Shown: positions 56,865 to 64,000 of the stretch, piece after piece
Position numbering within the stretch: position 1 is the first letter of the stretch
Layout: every line of letters begins with the position of its first letter
NCBI GenBank assembly: GCA_963815095.1
Contig: CAWFFH010000008.1
Coordinates: 48,986 to 112,985 of the forward strand
Direction: 5' to 3'
Source: Candidatus Bathyarchaeota archaeon
GTDB lineage: Archaea > Thermoproteota > Bathyarchaeia > Bathyarchaeales > Bathycorpusculaceae
Length of the DNA stretch: 64,000 nucleotides
Translations under genes and position numbers: made by a program
The notes under the pieces: generated by a model
Told to the model about the DNA's origin: nothing
The model's database searches: none
What the model saw: only the letters and a program-made list of their open reading frames with translations

Positions 56865-57815
56865 ATGAGCAAAAATAGTGGAAAAGTCCTTGTCACCGGT
56901 GGAGCAGGCTTTATCGGCTCGCACCTGGTTCCCAAGCTACTTGAAAAAGGCTACTCTGTAACTGTATTGGACAATTTATCTAATGGAAAATTGGAAAATC
57001 TCGACGGCGTGCTTGATCACCCGAAATTCGTGTTTAAGCGCGGCGACATACGCGACACTGCCTTGTCCAATGAGGTTTTTGGCGGGGTTGATTTTGTCGT
57101 TCATCTTGCTGCATTAATTGATATTTCGGCTTCTGTGGCTGATCCCGTTCAAAATCATGAAATTAACGTAGATGGAACCTTCAACATGTTGCAGGTAGCT
57201 GCCAAGAATAAGGTGAAGCGGTTTGTTTTTGCTTCTTCAACAGCTGTGTATGGCGATGTAAAAACTTTGCCCGTTCAAGAAACTAATGCTCTAAAACCTA
57301 TTTCTCCTTATGCCGCCTCAAAAGCTGCCGGCGAAGCATACTGTAGTGCTTTCGCGAGTTGTTTTGGGCTTGAAACGGTTGCGTTGAGGTTTTTCAACAT
57401 TTATGGCCTAAGAAGCGGCAACAGTCCCTACAGTGGCGTTATAACAAAGTTTCTGCAAAAAATCGCGGATGGTGAAGACTTAACTATTGATGGTGATGGC
57501 GAGCAGACACGGGACTTCATTCATGTAAACGATATTGTCAGCGCATTGATCTTGGCTTTGGAGCGTGAAGGCTTGAGTGGTGAGGTTTTTAATGTTTGCA
57601 CGGGTGTGCCGACGAGTGTTAATCAGCTTGCTGCTACTTTGAAAGAGGTGACAGGCAAGAACTTTGGTGTTAAGCATGGGGCTGCAAGATTAGGTGATAT
57701 AAGACATAGCTACGGTGACTCTGCTAAGGCAAGTGAGTTGTTGGGTTTTAGGGCTGGTCTTGATTTAGCGGCTGGGTTGAAAATTTTGTTGGATGAAATA
57801 AAAAACAGCAAATAG
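56865..57815 (+). CDS. NAD-dependent nucleotide-sugar epimerase/dehydratase (GalE/WbpP-like)
   Basis: TGGAGFIG, HLAA, SSTAVYG, YAASK, RDFIHV. Confidence 0.95.
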   Translation: MSKNSGKVLVTGGAGFIGSHLVPKLLEKGYSVTVLDNLSNGKLENLDGVLDHPKFVFKRGDIRDTALSNEVFGGVDFVVHLAALIDISASVADPVQNHEINVDGTFNMLQVAAKNKVKRFVFASSTAVYGDVKTLPVQETNALKPISPYAASKAAGEAYCSAFASCFGLETVALRFFNIYGLRSGNSPYSGVITKFLQKIADGEDLTIDGDGEQTRDFIHVNDIVSALILALEREGLSGEVFNVCTGVPTSVNQLAATLKEVTGKNFGVKHGAARLGDIRHSYGDSAKASELLGFRAGLDLAAGLKILLDEIKNSK

Positions 57816-57888
57816 AATGGTTTTTTTCAGAGCCAAAAACTAATTTTCAAACCAGTTTCTAACTTCTTTTTTAAGAAAATTTTTTGTG

Positions 57889-58605
57889 TTAATTTTCTAA
57901 GGACATTTCTAGCATGATCCGTTTGAGGATAGTGAGGCCATCTCTTACCTTCAATTTCTTTTCACCTAAGCGTGCTCTGTAGGCGATGGGGATTTCCTTA
58001 ATCAAAAAGCCCTTTTGCGCAACCAGATGGTTTAGCTCAACTTCAATGTCAAAGCCCTTGGATTTCATATCCCACTCCTTCAAAATCTCTGTGCGAATAA
58101 CGCGCAGTCCAGTTAGGGGATCTTCAAGTGGCACACCATTTAGAACCTTGTGTGTCCAAGCCAGCAATTTATTGCCAATGTGGAAAACCCTGTGTAGGGC
58201 TTTCTTGTCCACTTCTCCTCCGTTGAGCCTGTTGCCGCAGACCATGCCGATAAGTGGGTTTTCATCGAGCATTCTTATCATATCTGGAACATATTCAGCG
58301 GGGTAGGTAAAGTCCGCGTCTGTTAATATGATGTAGGCAATGTTTGAATCGGCATTTTCAAATGCTTTAGTTAAGGCGTCGCCTTTGCCTTTTCCATCTT
58401 GCACAAAAACATTTGCATCCAAGTTCTTTGCAATCTCGACGGTTCTATCTGTGCTATTGCCATCTACCACTAAGACTGGAATCTCGCCTAGGGTGTCTCT
58501 CATTTCAGCTATGGTGAGGCCTATTCCTGGGGCTTCGTTTAGGGCTGCGATTACTAGTTGTGCCGAGTACGGGCGGGTTTGGATCTGTTGGATTAGAACT
58601 GTCAA
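57889..58605 (-). CDS. GT2, dolichol-phosphate glycosyltransferase-like
   Basis: AALNEA, VDGNSTD, GKG, DAD.TY, GNR, GFDIEVE, G.KKL...DG. Confidence 0.9.
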   Translation of the reverse strand: MTVLIQQIQTRPYSAQLVIAALNEAPGIGLTIAEMRDTLGEIPVLVVDGNSTDRTVEIAKNLDANVFVQDGKGKGDALTKAFENADSNIAYIILTDADFTYPAEYVPDMIRMLDENPLIGMVCGNRLNGGEVDKKALHRVFHIGNKLLAWTHKVLNGVPLEDPLTGLRVIRTEILKEWDMKSKGFDIEVELNHLVAQKGFLIKEIPIAYRARLGEKKLKVRDGLTILKRIMLEMSLEN

Positions 58606-58894
58606 AAGCTTATCATCCTTTTTCTGTTGTTTTCAATTGTTAGTTGTTACATGCTATATAAGAGCTATGTTGAAGAAATGGCAGTATATCGGAAGTCGGA
58701 ATAGCGTTGGTTTTTGGGCTGCTTTATACAAATCTGTCATGATAAACAACTTTTACTAAAGTAAGCATTGCAGTGCCTATTATAACATTGTTTATGTGCC
58801 TACACAGTCACAAACTGCTGATTTGTAGATATATTTCGAACCCCGAAATATCGCTTATAAGAGTTTTTTGAGGTGTTGTTTTAGGCGAAGCTGA

Positions 58895-59152
58895 ATGCAG
58901 AAACGTAGCCACGTAACCATCACAATAGACATCTTAGAAGCAACCCTAAAGCCCCAGAAAAAAATGAAAATAATGTACCAAGCAGGCTTGAATTACGTAC
59001 GTTTCAACCGATACCTCAAAGAGTTCCTAAGCAAGGGTTTCATCGAAGCCCTCAAAGATGAAGAAGGCAACGGCTGCTACCGCATAACTTCCCGTGGTAA
59101 AACTCTACTTGTGTTGCTAAGGAAAGTGAATGAACTTGGATATTCGGTTTAG
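58895..59152 (+). CDS. Archaeal winged-helix regulator (HTH_45/COG3432-like)
   Basis: KRS...I..DIL, KIMY.A.LNY, Y.IT.RG..LL. Confidence 0.85.
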   Translation: MQKRSHVTITIDILEATLKPQKKMKIMYQAGLNYVRFNRYLKEFLSKGFIEALKDEEGNGCYRITSRGKTLLVLLRKVNELGYSV

Positions 59153-59639
59153 TGAGTTTTTTTCTGGTTTGATTTTTTAGGTGTCGATGTTGTTTGGTTT
59201 GGGTTTGTCTTTGATTGATGATGCTGTTGTGTGCAAATTGTTTGCGTAATCATCACCATCATTATCTTCTATGGGTCTGAGTCGTGTTACTTTTGATTGT
59301 TGTTGCAACCGGTCTGCAGAATTCAGTTGCAGCAGCATCAACAACAACTTCTCTGGCTCTAATGTTGCTTGAAAAGTTTCAATGTTAATTGTCTATTTCT
59401 TGTAGGCTAAGCTGGGATTGTGGTTTTTTTGTGTGTACCTAAGGGCTCTACTTGTTGCCCTTTATGCTTTATAACATTCAACTGCAGAGTTCTTGATTGC
59501 TAAGCTTTAATGTTCAAGAATTGTCCACTCCGGTCACGGAGGGATTAGTCAGTGGAAACAAATGTGTGACTGACCCCCAACTTTAGAATTTTTGGAAAGC
59601 TTGCGTTTCTTGCATTGTTTAAGCCATGGAGATGTTGTG

Positions 59640-59987
59640 TTGTCTGTCAACGAAAGAAAAGCAACCCCAAAAAACCGCAACAGTCTAGATATCGTGCGGG
59701 AAATTCTATCCGTCGCATCAGCTAAGGTTTGCAAGACTAAAATCATGTATGGGGCCAATTTGAGTTTTCTTCAATTAGAAAAATATTTGAAAGCACTTTT
59801 GGGCAACGCTCTTTTGTCGTTCGATGGCGGTTCAGGTTATTTAACTACTGAGTCAGGGAAAGAGTTTCTTAAGCTCTATGCAGAATATCTGGAGCGTTCC
59901 ACACGTTTAAGGGGGGAAGTTGAGACCCACACAAAAGATCGACAGCACCTTGAAAACTTGTGCGGCTTAGGAAAAGACGCCCAGTAG
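59640..59987 (+). CDS. Archaeal winged-helix regulator (HTH_45/COG3432-like)
   Basis: RNSLDIV.EIL, KTKIMYGANLS, Y.TT..GKEFL. Confidence 0.85.
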   Translation: MSVNERKATPKNRNSLDIVREILSVASAKVCKTKIMYGANLSFLQLEKYLKALLGNALLSFDGGSGYLTTESGKEFLKLYAEYLERSTRLRGEVETHTKDRQHLENLCGLGKDAQ

Positions 59988-60044
59988 AGGAATTTTTTGT
60001 TGCAGGTTTGTTTTTACAAAAATGAGATTTGTGTTGGTGAAAAA

Positions 60045-60275
60045 ATGAAAAAATCCAAAAGTATGGTTATTGTTCGGTGTGAGTGTGGAGATGAAATCTT
60101 GTTGGTGCCCGATTTGAAAGAAATGGGTAAGGCCATAGAGGATCATGTGGAGTTGCATCTTCAAGGTTTGAACGGCCCTGCTTGTACCCCAGCAGAAGCT
60201 GAACGTTTAAAAGACGCTTTAATCGCCCAGGTCATGGATATAGCAAGTGAATTTGGCGATGAAGAAAATCGGTAG
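60045..60275 (+). CDS. Small putative Zn-binding protein (CxCG...HxxxH)
   Basis: CECGDEILLVPDLKEMGKAIEDHVELH; GGTG RBS-like motif upstream. Confidence 0.65.
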   Translation: MKKSKSMVIVRCECGDEILLVPDLKEMGKAIEDHVELHLQGLNGPACTPAEAERLKDALIAQVMDIASEFGDEENR

Positions 60276-60537
60276 ATAACTCTTTTTTTGTTGTATTGTT
60301 TTCTTGATGAAAATGGGGTTCTTAGTGCACTTAAGAATGGTCATGGAAAAGCTAAGAAAAATTGGTCTTTTAGCATTTGTTTTCAGGTAGTTTGTCGATT
60401 TCTGATTTAATTTCTTGCCCGAAAATTCACATTATGTCGTGTTGTGTTTTGAGAATCAGAAAGATAATGAGAACAATGCGTTAGCATGAGTTACAGAGTT
60501 AAATGCATTAATTGCATGATGGTTGTTGGGGTAAAAT

Positions 60538-60801
60538 ATGGTGAAAAGGAAAAAGCGTCAAGTCTGCTTCCGTATTGAAGACTCAATTGTTGTCGAAATG
60601 GAGAATATACGGGAAAAGACTGGGGTTCCAGTTAGTACTCAAATCGAACTTCGACTAAAAGGGTTCACTATAAATAGTGTTAGAAAAGGAGGCAGCCCGC
60701 AAGGAATTTTGCAGTGGTATGAAAGCTTTCACCAAGACGAAAACTACGCAAAAAACCTTGACCAGACAGTCAGTAGAATGCGTGAGATGAAACTTCACTA
60801 A
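60538..60801 (+). CDS. Probable ribbon-helix-helix DNA-binding protein
   Basis: KRQVCFRIE beta-strand pattern, helix, then TGVPVS. Confidence 0.6.
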   Translation: MVKRKKRQVCFRIEDSIVVEMENIREKTGVPVSTQIELRLKGFTINSVRKGGSPQGILQWYESFHQDENYAKNLDQTVSRMREMKLH

Positions 60802-60959
60802 TGGTTTGTTTAGATACAACTTTTTTCGTAGATCTATCTCTGTAAAAGAATCAGACATTTACACAATAAATGGTTAGTTGTTGATTAGATCTAATAGGAT
60901 AAAGTTTAATTGTTTAGGCCTTTATTTGGTGATGAAGCATATGAGAAAGCTACTTAAAG

Positions 60960-60980
60960 AACTGTGTTGATTAGGGCTTG
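60960..60980 (+). repeat. 21-bp direct repeat, copy 1
   Basis: aactgtgttgattagggcttg; 1 mismatch to 62480-62500. Confidence 0.75.
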
Positions 60981-61019
60981 GCTTTGAAGGTTTAAATTTT
61001 ATGTTTAATAATTATTGAT

Positions 61020-61295
61020 GTGGTGGTGTTTGATGTGTCTTTGACCAGTGTTGTTGATGAGTTTCCTTTGTTTAGGGAAAGAGAGGCGAAGGAGCGTTTC
61101 TTGTTGGTTTTGGGTCTTCTTGCTTCTCGAACTGTTACTTTAGGTAAGGCAGCTGAGGTTTTAGGTATGTCTCGGGCAGAGTTTTCGGCAGTGCTTAGGA
61201 GTATTGGTTTTAAATATAGTTATTTGGATGATGAAGAATTGACTATAGAAGCGGTTGCAGGCAAAGATTTGTTGAAAAAGAAGCGGTGTAGTTGA
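61020..61295 (+). CDS. UPF0175 family putative antitoxin
   Basis: VTLGKAAEVLGMSRAEF...L...G. Confidence 0.8.
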   Translation: MVVFDVSLTSVVDEFPLFREREAKERFLLVLGLLASRTVTLGKAAEVLGMSRAEFSAVLRSIGFKYSYLDDEELTIEAVAGKDLLKKKRCS

Positions 61296-61363
61296 AGGCT
61301 GCTATAATTTAAGGGATCTTTTTCTTATTTTTTGAGTTTAGCTTATGGGTGAGGCGTTTTAAG

Positions 61364-61843
61364 ATGAACGGCGATAATAAGGTACCAGAGAGAAAACGAG
61401 ACCTGCCTAGATCAAATAGGAAACCGACGTTATCTTCCTCAACAGAAACCAAACAGAACCTCGAGTTGAGGCTGAAGAGTTTGGATTATACAGTTAATGT
61501 GGCTGAGAAAAACTTGGAAATGCAACTGTATGTTTCGGCTGCTTTCTACATTCATTTGTCGGTTGAAAAAGCTCTTAAAGTAGCCATAGTATCACTAAAT
61601 GAAGAGTTTCCCCAAAAAACGCATCGGTTGCAGCGACTTTATGCTGAAATTCAAGATAAGGTAGTTTTGACTGAAGAGCAAATAGAGTTTCTTGAAGAAT
61701 TGACATCCGTCGCTGTCAGTGCTCGATATGAGGACATAGAGTTGACAGATCCTAGCGAAATCTATACTAAGTCGGTAGTTGAGGAATATATGCAGAAAGC
61801 ATTGCCTATAATAGAGAAGTTAAGGGCTTCTGTTCAAAGTTAG
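61364..61843 (+). CDS. HEPN domain protein (COG2250-like)
   Basis: AAFYIHLSVEKALK, KTH.L..L, ARY. Confidence 0.8.
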   Translation: MNGDNKVPERKRDLPRSNRKPTLSSSTETKQNLELRLKSLDYTVNVAEKNLEMQLYVSAAFYIHLSVEKALKVAIVSLNEEFPQKTHRLQRLYAEIQDKVVLTEEQIEFLEELTSVAVSARYEDIELTDPSEIYTKSVVEEYMQKALPIIEKLRASVQS

Positions 61844-61856
61844 GGGTAGAAAAAAA

Positions 61857-62204
61857 GTGACTCACGCCTTGATAGTTGAGAGCAAGCAGCCGTTGATGGA
61901 TAGACTACTTGATTTCAATGAAAAACTTGATGCTGAAATAGGCGTGACTCAGGTTTTGCTATTCGGTTCAACCGCTAAGGGCGAGCGCCACGAGAATAGT
62001 GATGTTGATCTTATAGTTGTTTCTGAGGGTTTTGAGGGTATGGCGCAGCCGAAGAGGCTTGGTTTTCTTCAGCATAGATGGCGTTACCGTGAGGATTTGG
62101 AAGCCCTTGCTTACACTCCAAGCGAGTTCAAAAGAGTTAAAGATCGGCCTTTGATGCGAAAAATTCTTGCTTATGCGATTGATCTGTGTAAGGCCTCAGT
62201 ATGA
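61857..62204 (+). CDS. Minimal nucleotidyltransferase (MNT), partner of HEPN
   Basis: LFGSTAKG.....SDVDLIVV, YTPSEF. Confidence 0.9.
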   Translation: MTHALIVESKQPLMDRLLDFNEKLDAEIGVTQVLLFGSTAKGERHENSDVDLIVVSEGFEGMAQPKRLGFLQHRWRYREDLEALAYTPSEFKRVKDRPLMRKILAYAIDLCKASV

Positions 62205-62479
62205 CAAGTAGTGTGTTAGAGAGATGTGCTTGATCAAAGTTTTTGTTTAGCTGGGACAATAAAGAATGTGCACATAATTTAGTTTAGAAAGTTTTTTAGG
62301 CACCTGGTTTAAAGGGCTTCGTTGAGGATTCGCGCTAGAATGCCCTTCAAGTGAAGTTAAATTAACAATCTTTTGCAGACAAAACCAAGCGTCGCACTCA
62401 TGAAGCTGAGATTCGTGACGTGAAGTTGTTAATGCCTAGAAGAGCCGGTTTTCAGTAGCTTGGCAAAAAGAACATAATC

Positions 62480-62500
62480 AACTGTGTTGATTAAGGCTTG
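62480..62500 (+). repeat. 21-bp direct repeat, copy 2
   Basis: aactgtgttgattaaggcttg. Confidence 0.75.
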
Positions 62501-62702
62501 TTTGAGATAATTCTATCGCAGAAAGCAAGAAAGCCATAAAAAAGTTCGAGACCACTTTCAAAAAGTCGATATAAAAAACTGTACGAAAACTTTTGCAGCG
62601 CTGCGAAGAGACGATTTTAAGTAAAAGATGGTTAACTTCATTTGAAAAGTTGCTTAGAATAACTTATTATCTTGAGTTTCCTTATCGGTATTGGTGAGTT
62701 GT

Positions 62703-62911
62703 ATGGCTGAAACAGTTTCCATTCCTCGTCCGCTATTAAAAGAGCTCTATGAACATTTTGACCGAATAGAAGAGATTCTAGCACCTTAGAAGAGCTTTCA
62801 GATAAAAAAGGGTTAAAGAGAATTGAAAGAAGTCTTGAAGAATACAAGAATAAAGAATGCGTCACCCTCTCAAGTTCTGAGAAAATAAGAGAAGCCCTCC
62901 TGAAGGACTAA
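62703..62911 (+). CDS. Putative RelB-like antitoxin (1-nt frameshift ~62784; absent from ORF track)
   Basis: MAETVSIPRPLLKELYEHFDRIEEILA/TLEELSDKKGLKRIERSLEEYK...; GGTGAG RBS upstream. Confidence 0.5.
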
Positions 62912-62913
62912 GT

Positions 62914-62970
62914 TTGCAATATAAGACGATTTTCACCAAAAGTTTCAAAAAGGAACGAGATGTTTTCTGA
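62914..62970 (+). pseudogene. N-terminal stub of a RelE/ParE-like toxin
   Basis: MQYKTIFTKSFKKE immediately after the antitoxin, then a stop. Confidence 0.4.
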
Positions 62971-63488
62971 GCTTTATCTTTTAGGTCCCAGTCAAATGGC
63001 TGAAAACTACCCCTATAACATAAGGTTGAAGAGAACTATTCTGTTTATGTAACTGCTGCAAACCAGTTGGGCTCTCCAGCTTCTGATATCAAACCAAGGT
63101 TCTTTGGTGTCTTGATACATTACGATTTTTTGAATATGGGATTATATGCTTTTTTCGTGGTATTGTTTGCTTGATGAGAATGGGCATGGGTGGAGACAGG
63201 AGAAATTGCAAAATTTTTTATTGAACATTACATATAATGTTACTGCATGGTCCAAGAACTCTTTAATAGAGGTTGTACGGACAGTAGCTATAATTCCTTT
63301 AAGGAAGGCGAAAATGTCCTAACATTTAATTCGAGTTGTTTTTGTTTCTGTCCACTTCTGTCAGGAAGGGATTCATTAGTGGTGAGCCCAATTTTTGTTT
63401 TTGAGTTGGGGGCAGTAGGCTGGTTTTTTGCATTAGGTTTTTTTGCGAGATATTTTGGGAGAGTTAGTGTTTGTTGGCGTTTAATGGC

Positions 63489-63603
63489 TTAATTGCCTAT
63501 CCAATATATAATCCAGCCAACAACAAAAACCACCAAGAACAAAGGAGCCAAGCGGAACTAATGCAAGTTTACTGCGTTTTTTTCTACAGGCTGCAGTTAT
63601 CAT
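63489..63603 (-). pseudogene. Small single-TM protein fragment
   Basis: RKKRSKL.../LAPLFLVVFVVGWIIYWIG across a frameshift. Confidence 0.3.
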
Positions 63604-63827
63604 TTCGACACCTGTATTATACTCCTGCTTGACTCTTAATATTTAAGGTTTTGTAATTGTCAGCTATACATGTAAAAAGAAACAACTTTGCAAAATTTCC
63701 ATCAGTTTTTGGGTTGTTGTACAATAGAAGTAACAAGTTAAGATTGAAAATGTTGATATATTATCGTAGCGTCTAAAAGACATTAATAGTCAAAGAGTTA
63801 AGGCCTTTAAAAAAAGGTGTTGAAAGA

Positions 63828-64000
63828 GTGGTTAAAAAAGAAAAGCAAAGTGCCCCTTCGATGCAAGTTTTAATAGCCGCCTTAAACGAGGAAGAAGGCA
63901 TCGGACATACAATATCCGAACTAAAGAGAACTCTTGGAAACACATCTATCCTAGTAGTTGACGGCAGAAGCAAAGACAGAACAGTCGAAGTAGCAAAGAA
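63828..64000 (+). CDS. GT2, paralog of 57889-58605, truncated by window end
   Basis: LIAALNEEEGIG.TI.EL...LG...ILVVDG.S.DRTVEVAK. Confidence 0.85.
   Translation, partial: MVKKEKQSAPSMQVLIAALNEEEGIGHTISELKRTLGNTSILVVDGRSKDRTVEVAK

Noticed and set aside
760-63973. Short antisense and nested ORFs in the track (e.g. 760-1203, 1161-1697, 58340-58759, 62638-62865, 63773-63973)
   Set aside because: Shadows of better-supported genes with no recognisable motifs.

Overview
AT-rich archaeal DNA. It is most likely Bathyarchaeia, an inference from the gene families, the TPTP-linker surface proteins and the poly-T terminators. About 58 kb is one cell-surface glycan biosynthesis/modification island. It carries roughly 14 GT2/GT4-type glycosyltransferase genes or fragments, two multipass GT-C/Wzy-like proteins, a flippase, an epimerase and a DegT aminotransferase. 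It also has an unusually large set of tailoring enzymes: comA-comB linked to an ATP-grasp ligase and a PIG-L deacetylase, 6 Fem/CelD-like GNATs, 3 APH-like kinases, 3 methyltransferases, an acyltransferase and a polysaccharide deacetylase. Several secreted modular surface proteins are interspersed. The last ~5 kb holds small regulators and a toxin-antitoxin cluster with a 21-bp direct repeat. Many genes between ~9 and 43 kb are broken by 1-2 nt indels, probably uncorrected long-read errors, so I joined the fragments by eye and their boundaries are approximate. No rRNA, tRNA, CRISPR array, reverse transcriptase or intact transposase was seen. The best candidate for an undescribed system is a sulfolactyl/aminoacyl/phospho glycan-decoration pathway. 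All family calls come from motif recognition, not database searches.
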